This document shows positions 36,795 through 46,367 of a DNA stretch of 64,000 nt, one piece after another. The notes beneath the pieces were generated by a model. It ran no database searches. It was not told the origin of the DNA and saw only the letters and a program-made list of their open reading frames with translations. Numbering within the stretch: the stretch's first letter is position 1; each line of letters starts with the position of its first letter. The stretch covers positions 49,051 to 113,050 of the forward strand of contig JAZOVF010000008.1 in the NCBI GenBank assembly GCA_045658565.1, read 5' to 3'. Made by a program: the position numbers and the translations under genes. The DNA is from Eubacteriales bacterium (GTDB lineage Bacteria > Bacillota > Clostridia > Oscillospirales > CAG-272).

Positions 36795-38051
36795 ATGAAA
36801 AACGGACTTTTTGAATTTGTAAAAAAATCTCCAACACCCTATCACGCGGTAGCTGAAATAAAGAACAGACTGCTTGAGTGCGGATTTTCCGAAATATCCG
36901 AAAAGGATTCTTCATCCTTTGATATAGATTCGGGCTTTGTTATTCGAGATTCGTCAATAATCGCCTTTAAGGGCAATCCCCAAAACGGCGGATTTATGAT
37001 ATGTGCTACCCACAATGATACACCAACCTTTAAGGTGAAAAATACAAGAAGCGGTTCGTATGCCTCTCTTGCAACAGAGCCATACGGAGGTTCGATTTAC
37101 TACTCCTGGCTTGACCGCCCTCTTTCGGTTGCGGGACGTGTGGCGATTGAGACCTCAGACGGTATAGAGCTGCGCCTTGTTAATATAGACCGCGACCTTG
37201 TAACAATACCCAGCGTTGCTATTCATATGAACGGTACGGTAAACGACGGTGTAAAGCTCGACCCTGCAAAGGATATGCTTCCTCTTCTTTCGCTTGACAA
37301 GAGCGCGAATATCTTAGAGCTTGTTTCCGATGAGCTTGGTGCTTCCCTTGATGAAATTATATCAAGCGACCTTATGCTTTATTCAAGACAGCAGCCTCTC
37401 TCCTTTGGCGCATCGGGTGAGCTTATACTTTCTCCCCGCCTTGACGATTTGTCGTCGGTCTATGCTTCTCTTGAGGCATTTCTTGATGCCGAGCCGGGGG
37501 CAGTAAGTGTTCTTGCCGTTTTTGATAACGAGGAGGTAGGCTCGGGAACAAAGCAGGGCGCAGCATCAAGCTTTTTAAGAGACACCCTTTTGCGTATAGC
37601 AGGGGATGAGGAAAAATATCTGACAATGCTTCCCGACAGCTTTTTGGTAAGTGCGGACAACGCTCACGCAAAGCACCCGAACCACCCTGAGCTTTCCGAC
37701 CCGGACAATGCGCCCATTCTCGGAGAGGGCGTAGTAATAAAATACAATGCTAATCAGAGATATACCACCGATGCACGCTCTGACGGAATGTTTAGAATTA
37801 TATGCAAAAGGGCAGGGGTAAAGACACAGAGCTACTACAACCGCGCTGATAAAAGAGGCGGCAGCACCCTCGGTAACATAGCAATTTCTTCTGTCAGCAT
37901 TCCTGCGATAGATATAGGACTGCCCCAGCTTTCAATGCATTCATCAGCCGAGACAATAGCCCTCTCTGACCTTGAAAATATGAAAGATGCTCTTACCGAA
38001 TTTTATTCAGCAAAGCTTGTGACTGACGGTGCTAATATTAAAATAATCTGA
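36795..38051 (+). CDS. M18 family (aspartyl) aminopeptidase
   Basis: SPTPYHAV, WLDRPLSVAGR, RLDDL, DNEEVGS, ADNAHAKHPN, QLSMHS; promoter TTGACA-17-TAAAAT at 36733-36761. Confidence 0.94.
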   Translation: MKNGLFEFVKKSPTPYHAVAEIKNRLLECGFSEISEKDSSSFDIDSGFVIRDSSIIAFKGNPQNGGFMICATHNDTPTFKVKNTRSGSYASLATEPYGGSIYYSWLDRPLSVAGRVAIETSDGIELRLVNIDRDLVTIPSVAIHMNGTVNDGVKLDPAKDMLPLLSLDKSANILELVSDELGASLDEIISSDLMLYSRQQPLSFGASGELILSPRLDDLSSVYASLEAFLDAEPGAVSVLAVFDNEEVGSGTKQGAASSFLRDTLLRIAGDEEKYLTMLPDSFLVSADNAHAKHPNHPELSDPDNAPILGEGVVIKYNANQRYTTDARSDGMFRIICKRAGVKTQSYYNRADKRGGSTLGNIAISSVSIPAIDIGLPQLSMHSSAETIALSDLENMKDALTEFYSAKLVTDGANIKII

Positions 38052-38110
38052 CAACAAAAATAGGGTTTTGCAAACATTTATTTGCAAAACCCATTAAATT
38101 TAAGGAAAAA

Positions 38111-38737
38111 TCAATCTTCAAGATAGCGTTTAACAGATGCAACAATAACGTGAGCAGTGCCCTCAATTCCAAGAGTAGAGGAATTGACCGCCATATCGTA
38201 GTTGTCATACTTGCCCCACTTGTTACCTGTATAGAAGTTGTAATAAGATGAACGGCGCTTGTCTGTCTTGTTAATAACGTCAATTATCTGCGAGGACTTA
38301 AGCTCGGGGTGTCTTTTAGCAACACGCTCGCACCTGTGCTCAAGGTCACCGTAAACAAAAATTCTGAATATGTTTTCTTCATTTCTTAAAACATAGTCGG
38401 AGCAACGACCTATAATAACGCAACTCTCCTTAGCATACTCCTTGATAATATCCGATTGGAGAATAAAGAGCTTATCGTTGAGGGGCATCTTGTAACCAAA
38501 ATGCATAGTAGTTCCCAGGACGTTTGAGCCCATAGCGAGAGTATAAAGCAGACTGTTTGTTGCCGATTCTTCAACATTCTTTATAACCTCAACATTAAGG
38601 TTGCCGTTTGCTGCCGCGTTGGTTATAATTTCTTTGTCGTAAATCGGAATACCAAGCTCCTTTGCCACCAGCTCACCAATTTCACGTCCGCCGCTTCCGT
38701 ACTGACGGGCAATTGTTATTACAATTTTTTTAGTCAT
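38111..38737 (-). CDS. Cytidylate kinase-like family protein
   Basis: ITIARQYGSGGREIG, CVIIGRCSDYVL, DKRRSSYYNFYTG.KWG. Confidence 0.92.
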   Translation of the reverse strand: MTKKIVITIARQYGSGGREIGELVAKELGIPIYDKEIITNAAANGNLNVEVIKNVEESATNSLLYTLAMGSNVLGTTMHFGYKMPLNDKLFILQSDIIKEYAKESCVIIGRCSDYVLRNEENIFRIFVYGDLEHRCERVAKRHPELKSSQIIDVINKTDKRRSSYYNFYTGNKWGKYDNYDMAVNSSTLGIEGTAHVIVASVKRYLED

Positions 38738-38923
38738 AGATAAAACTCCTTTGCCAAGATGTTTGCTTAGGCAAGAGAGCTGGAATTACTCTTTCATGCC
38801 TAATTCATTATAGCAAGAAAAATGGAATTTGTAAATAGCTTTAGCGCAATTTGCCCAAAAAAACTTGAAAAAACCGCTGTATTGTGGTAAAATTTAAGCA
38901 TAAAACATTCCGAGGATAAAAAA

Positions 38924-40438
38924 ATGAATCTTGCAACACCAGATATGATTCCGAAAATTGATAAATTTGCAACCGATGCCTTGGGCATAATGCCGAGAGA
39001 GCTTATGCTCCGCAGCGCAGAGGCGGTAAATAAAGCCATAACCGAAAATTACCCCGAGGCAAAGTGTGTACTTATCCTAACAGGCAAAGGGAATAACGGC
39101 GGTGACGGCTATGCTCTTTCTTGCATTCTCAAGACTTCGGAGGTGGTGGTTTGCGACCTGTTTTCATCGGGTCAGCGCACCGACGAGGGTAAATACTGGC
39201 TTAATGAGGCCTTTGAGCGGGGGATAAAAATTATAAAAGGGCAAGGCGGTGAGCTTTATAGGCTGATTGAGAGCGCAGATATAATTGTAGATGCAATATT
39301 CGGCACAGGCTTTGTTGGAGAGCCGCCCTCTGTGCTTTCGGAGCTTGCCTCTGCCGTAAATAAAGCGGCAGCCGCAAAAATAGCTATTGATGTACCTTTG
39401 GGAATAAACGCATCAGACGGAAGTGTATGCAATATCTGTATTCCTTCCGATATTACAGTAACTCTCTCTTACTCAAAGCCGGGACTTCACTCATATCCTG
39501 CAAAAAGCCTTGTAGGCAGGCTTATACACTCGGATTTGCGACTTCCGTGTGATGTAATTGAAAAGGAATTTAAATTTTCTCACCGCTATGTTGATTTTGA
39601 AGAGGCAAAAGCTCTTATACCATGCAGAAAAGCAAATTCCAACAAGGGCAGCTTCGGTAAGACTCTTGTAATTACCGGGAGTGACAAATACAGAGGTGCC
39701 GCCCATCTTTCTCTTGAGGCTGCTTTAAGAGGCGGTGCGGGTATAGTTCATTTTGCAGGTGTGGAGGAGCTTTGCACCGAGCTTAGAATGAAGTTCCCCG
39801 AGGCGATATATCACCCATTTTCTTTAGCCAACAAGGACTTAAGCTTAGCTATTTCGGAGCAGTGCACCTCTGTGCTTATAGGCTCAGGCTCATCTGTTTC
39901 AAAAGAGCTTTTTCAGCTTGTAGAAAATCTCATTGAAAATACAAACACTCAGCTTTTGCTGGATGCCGATGCCCTCAACTCAATAGCAAAATATTCCTCT
40001 CCCGACATTCTCGCAAAAGCGAGAAAAAAGCCTGTAATCACCCCTCATCCCTTAGAGCTTTCAAGGCTTTCGGGCGTTCCTGTTTCTGAAATTGAGAAAA
40101 ACCGACTCTCGTTTGCCAAGGAGTTTGCGAAAAAGTATAACTGCATTTTACTGCTTAAAGGCGATGCCACAGTTATAACCGACGGAGAAGCCGTATATAT
40201 CAACGGCTCGGGTAGCTCAGCACTTGCAAAGGGAGGCAGCGGTGATGCTCTCGCAGGGCTTATTGCCTCACTTTTGGCATTTTCGCAGTCAGCTGTTAAG
40301 GCGGCAGCCCTTGGTGCATACGTACATGGCAGAGCAGGGGATATTCTGTCGGAAAAGCTGTCCTCATTCGGAGTAACTCCCTCAGATTTGCCGTGTCAGA
40401 TGGCAATGGCTATATCCGAAATAGAAAAATTAGGTTAA
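38924..40438 (+). CDS. nnr: Bifunctional NAD(P)HX epimerase/dehydratase
   Basis: GKGNNGGDG, DAIFGTG, DADAL, ITPHPLELSRL, LAKGGSGDALAG. Confidence 0.94.
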   Translation: MNLATPDMIPKIDKFATDALGIMPRELMLRSAEAVNKAITENYPEAKCVLILTGKGNNGGDGYALSCILKTSEVVVCDLFSSGQRTDEGKYWLNEAFERGIKIIKGQGGELYRLIESADIIVDAIFGTGFVGEPPSVLSELASAVNKAAAAKIAIDVPLGINASDGSVCNICIPSDITVTLSYSKPGLHSYPAKSLVGRLIHSDLRLPCDVIEKEFKFSHRYVDFEEAKALIPCRKANSNKGSFGKTLVITGSDKYRGAAHLSLEAALRGGAGIVHFAGVEELCTELRMKFPEAIYHPFSLANKDLSLAISEQCTSVLIGSGSSVSKELFQLVENLIENTNTQLLLDADALNSIAKYSSPDILAKARKKPVITPHPLELSRLSGVPVSEIEKNRLSFAKEFAKKYNCILLLKGDATVITDGEAVYINGSGSSALAKGGSGDALAGLIASLLAFSQSAVKAAALGAYVHGRAGDILSEKLSSFGVTPSDLPCQMAMAISEIEKLG

Positions 40439-40440
40439 TA

Positions 40441-40485
40441 AAAAGCGGGCCGCCGTTCGGTGAGTGACGACAGCCCGCTGTTTTT
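40441..40485. terminator. Bidirectional terminator between convergent genes
   Basis: aaaagcgggc / gcccgctgttttt. Confidence 0.7.
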
Positions 40486-41728
40486 ATTTGGAATTTTCTA
40501 TTCTGTAAAAATATTCTGCCGCAGATGCTCTTGTTACCGCACCCGATGAGCACTCTGCATCCTCTGCATCAAATACCCCAAGCATACACATAGCCGAAAC
40601 GGCAGGCCTTGCCCAGATAGGAATTTCTTCATCTGTTGCAAAAACGCTTTCCTCGCCCTCTCCGTCAACACCGATAAGAGAAGCCAAAATCTTTGCCGCC
40701 TCGTATTTTGTTATAGACTTGTTCGGCTCAAATGTTAGCTTTCCCTCTGAAAAATCTCCGCTTATAAGTCCTATTCTCTGAGCCGTTGCAACATAGGGCT
40801 TAAGGGAGAGGGGAATGTCGGCATCATCATCAAAATAGCTGGAGGAAATGCTTGAATCCGCACGAACACCCGCGGTTTTCATAGCGAGAGCTACAAATTC
40901 TGCACGGCTTACCTCCTCGTCGGGATTAAAGTATACGTCGTCACCAAGAATTCTTCCGCCCATAATTCCCATAGCCGTCATGGCAACTGCGGCATTGTAT
41001 TCGCTTCTTTCTTCCATATCGATATATACGGTGCTGCACATTCTGTTAACAACCTCAATTTTTACCGCCATAGGCTCGGAATAGTTGCCGAAGTCATCAC
41101 GTACAACATAGGTGAACTTATCCTCACCTGTGTAGTCGTCCCCGGGAGTGTAGCAGAACTTTCCGCCCTCAAGGAAGCAGACTCTGCCCTCGGTGGGGTA
41201 AGAGACAACAATATATTCAAGGAGGTCGCCCTCGGGGTCAAAGGCAGAAACAGATGAATAAACACTTATATTCTGCTGGGTTTTAACCGTTGGAATGCTC
41301 TCTGCCGAGGGGGCATAATTTACCTTGTCAATAAATTTGAGACTGCATTCAATTTCGCTTCCTCTGTCAACCTTGAATTTAAAGGAGCATTCCGAGACGG
41401 ATTTTGATGCAGGAACAAAAACAAGTCCCCCAAGGTTCTTTCTCTGTATTTCACGTCCCTCGCTGACACGTCTGCCACCGAGCAAAAGTGTACCCTCAAG
41501 TGATGTCGGAATGGACGTAACAGTAATAGAGTTAAAGTCTGTAAGGCATAATGCAGATTTAAAGTCACTGTCGGTAAAGGTCATTTTATGTCCCTTAAGA
41601 CCGGTTTTTACCATTTTTACATCTGATGCAATAACCTGAGCACCGGGTCCTAAAAAGGCGCTTGCCGACACAGCGCAAATTCCAAAGATAGCTACAACCG
41701 TCAAAATCAAAGCAATTGTTTTTTTCAA
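40484..41728 (-). CDS. Secreted S-layer-homology (SLH) protein with cadherin/Ig-like domain
   Basis: Signal peptide ...VSASA; DPEGD...YTP..DYTGEDKFTY; SLH motifs FNPDEEVSRAEF, FEPNKSITKYEAA, VTRASAA; TTG start. Confidence 0.88.
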   Translation of the reverse strand: MKKTIALILTVVAIFGICAVSASAFLGPGAQVIASDVKMVKTGLKGHKMTFTDSDFKSALCLTDFNSITVTSIPTSLEGTLLLGGRRVSEGREIQRKNLGGLVFVPASKSVSECSFKFKVDRGSEIECSLKFIDKVNYAPSAESIPTVKTQQNISVYSSVSAFDPEGDLLEYIVVSYPTEGRVCFLEGGKFCYTPGDDYTGEDKFTYVVRDDFGNYSEPMAVKIEVVNRMCSTVYIDMEERSEYNAAVAMTAMGIMGGRILGDDVYFNPDEEVSRAEFVALAMKTAGVRADSSISSSYFDDDADIPLSLKPYVATAQRIGLISGDFSEGKLTFEPNKSITKYEAAKILASLIGVDGEGEESVFATDEEIPIWARPAVSAMCMLGVFDAEDAECSSGAVTRASAAEYFYRIENSK

Positions 41729-41956
41729 AATTCCAAAAAACCTTCCTTTTCCTGAGATTGTAGTTATTTTTTACAACGGCAGTCGTCTTTATTCGCAAAG
41801 CCGCAAAAAACTTGACAAAAATCAAAGGGAGTAAAAAACGGTGTGCCGTGGCTGTGATTTTTGCTTTGTAAACATTAACAGATTATGTGTTTTAGTCTTA
41901 AAATCAATTTCCCACGGCTCAGAATGACACGTATTGCGCACAATGTTTGCACACTT

Positions 41957-42157
41957 GTAGGGGAGGGGCTTGCTCCTCCCGGAAATTATTTCTCTGAGAG
42001 GTTTTTTAGACAGCCCTATATTTGATAATACTGAGCAGGAAATAAAATAAAAACCCAGCGAACCTCTGTATCGGTAACGCTTGGTTTTTGCTTTTTAAAC
42101 TATATTAAGATTTTAGAGGTGTAAAAGTTTGTCGGGAGGAGCAAGCCCCTCCCCTAC
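41957..42157. repeat. Inverted pair of GTAG-type REP sequences (REPIN-like)
   Basis: gtaggggaggggcttgctcctcccg at 41957-41981 and its exact reverse complement at 42133-42157. Confidence 0.9.
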
Positions 42158-42240
42158 GATTGTATATTCACGCGTAATCTAAACACGCCAAGGGGAAGGC
42201 TTTTTAGGTTCTGCGTACCCCTCATTATAACTACTTTATC

Positions 42241-42663
42241 TTAAATATGTCCCTGGTCAAGGACCTCGATGCCCTCTGACTTAAGGATTTCCTCGGTGTG
42301 ATCGGTGTCGTCGGTACGCAGAACGGTGTACGCCTTTCCCGCCTCGCCTGTGATAAGCGCATAGAGATATTCGATATCGATGCCTCTGCCTTCAAGGAGG
42401 TTAAGCACCTTTGCAAGTCCGCCGGGAGTATCGGGAACAGCAAATGCAGTTATCTCTCTGACGTTTGCTGCGTGGCCTGCGTCATCAAGAATCTTTTTTG
42501 CTCGCTCTGGCTCACGTGTAATGATACGAACAATACCAAAGTCGGTAGTGTCGGCAAGGCACATAGAGCGAAGGTCAATACCCTCTTTTGCGAGAACGTC
42601 GGTTATCTCGTGGAGAGAGCCTTTTTTATTTTCTACAAATACCGAAAGCTGCTTGATTGCCAT
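42241..42663 (-). CDS. Tandem ACT-domain protein
   Basis: MAIKQLSVFVENKKG...ADTTDFGIVR...PDTPGGLA...IEYLYA; typical neighbour of paaK. Confidence 0.93.
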   Translation of the reverse strand: MAIKQLSVFVENKKGSLHEITDVLAKEGIDLRSMCLADTTDFGIVRIITREPERAKKILDDAGHAANVREITAFAVPDTPGGLAKVLNLLEGRGIDIEYLYALITGEAGKAYTVLRTDDTDHTEEILKSEGIEVLDQGHI

Positions 42664-42680
42664 GCTAAATATCCTCCCTA

Positions 42681-43994
42681 TCAATCATGTAAATTTCTTT
42701 CATCAATAACTCTCTTTGCCTTGCCCTCGCTTCTCTGAATGGTCTTTGGGGGAACAAGGTGAACAGACGGGCCTATGCCAAGCATTCCGCGAAGAGCAAG
42801 TGAAAGAGCCTTTTCTTTTTCGGAAATAGCCTTAACCGAGTCGTCGAACTGCTCGGGCGGAAGCTCAACATAAACGTCAAATGTGTCGTTATTGTTAACT
42901 CTGCCAAGCTTGATGTAATAGTTCTCAGAGAAGCCTTCCTTAAGGAGAACAGACTCAATCTGAGAGGGGAATACGTTAACTCCGCGGATAATCATCATAT
43001 CGTCGCTTCTGCCCATGGGCTTAGCCATACGGATATGAGTTCTGCCGCAGGAGCATTTCTTTCTGGAAAGAACGCAGATGTCTCTTGTTCTGTAACGAAG
43101 CATGGGGAATGCCTCTTTGTCAAGGCAGGTGAATACAAGCTCACCTTTTTCGCCTTCGGGAAGAGGCTCACCGGTTTCGGGATTGATTATCTCTGCATAG
43201 AAGTGGTCCTCATTAACGTGCATACCGCTCTGCTCCGAGCATTCAAATGAAACACCCGGGCCGGAAATTTCGGTAAGACCATAAATATCGTAAGCCTTGA
43301 TTCCAAGAGTAGCTTCAATGCTTTTACGCATCTCCTGTGTCCAAGGCTCCGCACCGAAAATACCTGCCTTAAGGGGAATTGTGTCAGCAGTATAGCCCTG
43401 CTCCTTAAGGCTTTCGCCAAGGTAAGCAGCGTAAGAGGGGGTGCAGCAAAGAACGGTGGCGTTCATATCTATCATAAACTGTATCTGTCTTTCGGTACTG
43501 CCCGAGGACATAGGAAGTGTAAGCGAGCCAACCTTATGTGAGCCGCCGTGAAGTCCTGCGCCACCTGTAAACAGACCGTAGCCGTAGCTTACTTGAACAA
43601 CATCCTCCTTGTCTGCGCCTGCCGCAACAAGGGCTCTGGCACAACAATCCTCCCAAAGGTCAACGTCGTGCTGAGTGTAATATGCTATAACTCTTTTACC
43701 AGTTGTTCCCGATGTGGAATGTATTCTTACGCATTCATCAAGAGGAACGGCAAGCATACCGTAGGGGTAGCACTCGCGAAGGTCGCTTTTTTCAATAAAG
43801 GGAAGCTTGTATATATCCTCGATTCCGTGAATATCCGCAGGGCTCACACCCTTTTTATCCATAAGATTACGGTAGTAGGGAACGTTTTTGTAAACGTGAG
43901 CCACCTGCTTTACTATCTTCTTTGATTGAAGCTTTTTTATTTCTTCAACCGGCATGGTCTCGATTTCCTCTTGATAGTACTTTCTCTTTTCCAT
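42681..43994 (-). CDS. paaK: Phenylacetate--CoA ligase
   Basis: RIHSTSGTTGK, YGYGLFTGG, GAEPW, YGLTE, GRSDDMMIIRGVNVFPSQIE. Confidence 0.95.
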   Translation of the reverse strand: MEKRKYYQEEIETMPVEEIKKLQSKKIVKQVAHVYKNVPYYRNLMDKKGVSPADIHGIEDIYKLPFIEKSDLRECYPYGMLAVPLDECVRIHSTSGTTGKRVIAYYTQHDVDLWEDCCARALVAAGADKEDVVQVSYGYGLFTGGAGLHGGSHKVGSLTLPMSSGSTERQIQFMIDMNATVLCCTPSYAAYLGESLKEQGYTADTIPLKAGIFGAEPWTQEMRKSIEATLGIKAYDIYGLTEISGPGVSFECSEQSGMHVNEDHFYAEIINPETGEPLPEGEKGELVFTCLDKEAFPMLRYRTRDICVLSRKKCSCGRTHIRMAKPMGRSDDMMIIRGVNVFPSQIESVLLKEGFSENYYIKLGRVNNNDTFDVYVELPPEQFDDSVKAISEKEKALSLALRGMLGIGPSVHLVPPKTIQRSEGKAKRVIDERNLHD

Positions 43995-44029
43995 TGGTTT
44001 TGCCTTTCTTATGCCAAAAAATCAGTATC

Positions 44030-44605
44030 TTATTTTCTTCCTAAAGAGAATGCCTTAAGGTTCATCTCCACAAACTTAGGAGCAACGCTTTGTCTTATCG
44101 CCGCCTCCCACTTTTCGGGAGCGATATCCATATACTTTGACAGTCTGCCCATAAGGACAATGTTGGTAGCTTTTGCCGAGCCTGCCTCAAGTGCGGGAGT
44201 AAGAGCATCAATGCAGTCAATGGTTACACCCTTTGCCTGTAAGTGCTCCAGCGCCTCGTGGGGGTATTCCATAGCGCCTGTAATAACCGGCATGGGGTCA
44301 ATTTCCTGTGAGTTAACTATAATCTTGCCGTCAGGCTTAAGGAAGGGGGCATATCTTGCCGCCTCCAGCTTCTCAAAGGAGATAATAAAGTCCGCTTCCC
44401 CCTTGTCAACAATAGGGGAATAAACTTTGTCGCCGTATCTTACATAGGTAACAACGCTTCCGCCTCTCTGGCTCATTCCGTGAACCTCGGATACCTTAAC
44501 ATCATATCCTTCGTTAACAAGAAGCTTTCCGAGGAGCTTGCTGGCAAGAAGAGAGCCCTGACCGCCAACACCGACAATCATAATATTTTTTGTATTATTC
44601 ATCAT
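44030..44605 (-). CDS. iorB: Indolepyruvate ferredoxin oxidoreductase beta subunit
   Basis: GVGGQG, SEVHGMSQRGGSV, FEKLEAAR. Confidence 0.96.
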   Translation of the reverse strand: MMNNTKNIMIVGVGGQGSLLASKLLGKLLVNEGYDVKVSEVHGMSQRGGSVVTYVRYGDKVYSPIVDKGEADFIISFEKLEAARYAPFLKPDGKIIVNSQEIDPMPVITGAMEYPHEALEHLQAKGVTIDCIDALTPALEAGSAKATNIVLMGRLSKYMDIAPEKWEAAIRQSVAPKFVEMNLKAFSLGRK

Positions 44606-46341
44606 TCTTCACCTCCGCAAATAGCATCAAATGCACACAGTTGCTTACAAACTCCGCATCCAACGCAGAGGGTAGTATCAATATGAGCCTTGCCGTTTTT
44701 CATAGAAATTGCAGGGCAGCCAATCTTCATACAAGCCTTGCAGGAGCGGCACTTGTCCACATCAACATTAAGCGAAGGCTTAGCCTTAACATACTTAAGA
44801 AGCGCGCAGGGGCGGCGTGAGATGATAACCGAGGGCTCCTCGGCAGAGGTCTCTTCCATAATAACCCTTTCGGTTTCCTTAAGGTCATAGGGGTCAACAA
44901 CACGAACACGGTTAAAGCCGAGAGCACGGCAGAGAGCCTCAAGGTCAATCTTTGTCGCAGGGTCGCCCTTGATGTTGTAGCCTGTGGTGGGGTTCTGCTG
45001 GTGGCCTGTCATACCTGTAATAGAGTTGTCAACAATAATAACGGTAGAATTTGTGCCGTTGTATGCAATGTTTGCAAGACCTGTCATACCCGAGTGCATA
45101 AAGGTGGAGTCACCGATTACGGCAACAGTCTTTTTCTCGGACTCAGCACCCCTTGCCTTGTTAAAGCCGTGAGTGCCCGAAACAGATGCGCCCATACAGA
45201 GAACAGAGTCAATAGCCGAGAGAGGCGGTGCCATACCGAGAGTGTAACAGCCAATATCGCCGAGAACGGTAATCTTCTTTTTAGAGAGAACATAGAAGAG
45301 GCCTCTGTGAGGACAGCCCGCGCACATAACAGGGGGACGAACGGGAATTACATCATCAGATGCGGTAAAGCTCTTCACTTCCTTGCCCATAACCTTAGCG
45401 ATAAGGCTCTGTGAGAACTCACCGCAAATGGGGAAGAGGTTTTTGCCGTCAACGTTAATGCCAAGAGCCTTGCAGTGGTTCTCGATAACGGGGTCAAGCT
45501 CCTCAATTACAACAATTCTTGAATGGGATGCCGCAAAGTCCAAAATAAGCTTTTGGGGCAGGGGATAAACAAGACCTAGCTTAAGTACAGATACCGAGTC
45601 ACCGTAAATTTCTTTAACATACTGGTATGATGTGCCCGAGGTGATAATACCGAGAGATTTATCCTCGGCAAGCTCTACACGGTTGAAGGGGCAGTTCTCC
45701 GCATATTCGGTAAGAGCCTTTGTTCTTTCCTCAACAACAGGGTGCTTTGCAATAGCGTTTGCAGGCGCCATTATGTACTTTTTAGGATTCTTTTCGTATG
45801 CAAGAAGCTCATGGGTCTCAGGCTCTTCCATTTCAACCGCACACTGTGAGTGAGCAATTCTTGTGCAGGTTCTGAAAATTACGGGAGTGTCAAATTTTTC
45901 AGAAAGCTCAAAGGCAGCCTTTGCAAATTCCTTTGCCTCAGCCGAGTCTGCAGGCTCAAGCATAGGAAGCTTTGCAGCAGCGGCATAATGGCGGGGGTCC
46001 TGCTCGTTCTGAGAGGAGTGCATTCCGGGGTCATCTGCAACACAAACAACAAGTCCGCCGTTTACACCTGTGTAAGAGAGGGTAAAGAGGGGGTCTGCCG
46101 CCACGTTGAGACCAACGTGCTTCATACAAGCGGCAGCTCTCGCTCCTGCAAGTGATGCGCCAAAGGCAACCTCAAGACCAACCTTTTCGTTAGGCGCCCA
46201 TTCGCAGTAAATTTCGTCATATTTTGCCGCATATTCGGTAATTTCGGTAGAGGGGGTACCGGGATAGCTGGATACTACCTTACAGCCCGCCTCGTAAAAG
46301 CCGCGGGCTACCGCCTCGTTTCCTAGCATCAATTTTTTCAT
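44602..46341 (-). CDS. iorA: Indolepyruvate ferredoxin oxidoreductase alpha subunit
   Basis: GNEAVARG, YPGTPSTE, MKHVGLNVAAD, CAGCPHR, GDSTFMHSG; C-terminal 2x[4Fe-4S] motifs. Confidence 0.97.
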   Translation of the reverse strand: MKKLMLGNEAVARGFYEAGCKVVSSYPGTPSTEITEYAAKYDEIYCEWAPNEKVGLEVAFGASLAGARAAACMKHVGLNVAADPLFTLSYTGVNGGLVVCVADDPGMHSSQNEQDPRHYAAAAKLPMLEPADSAEAKEFAKAAFELSEKFDTPVIFRTCTRIAHSQCAVEMEEPETHELLAYEKNPKKYIMAPANAIAKHPVVEERTKALTEYAENCPFNRVELAEDKSLGIITSGTSYQYVKEIYGDSVSVLKLGLVYPLPQKLILDFAASHSRIVVIEELDPVIENHCKALGINVDGKNLFPICGEFSQSLIAKVMGKEVKSFTASDDVIPVRPPVMCAGCPHRGLFYVLSKKKITVLGDIGCYTLGMAPPLSAIDSVLCMGASVSGTHGFNKARGAESEKKTVAVIGDSTFMHSGMTGLANIAYNGTNSTVIIVDNSITGMTGHQQNPTTGYNIKGDPATKIDLEALCRALGFNRVRVVDPYDLKETERVIMEETSAEEPSVIISRRPCALLKYVKAKPSLNVDVDKCRSCKACMKIGCPAISMKNGKAHIDTTLCVGCGVCKQLCAFDAICGGEE

Positions 46342-46367
46342 ATCAGTTTTCTCCTAGAGTATTTAAT

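Noticed and set aside
45985-46010. IorA NEQDPRHY where NEQDSR is the usual motif
   Set aside because: A single substitution that could be a variant or a read error; the gene is otherwise intact
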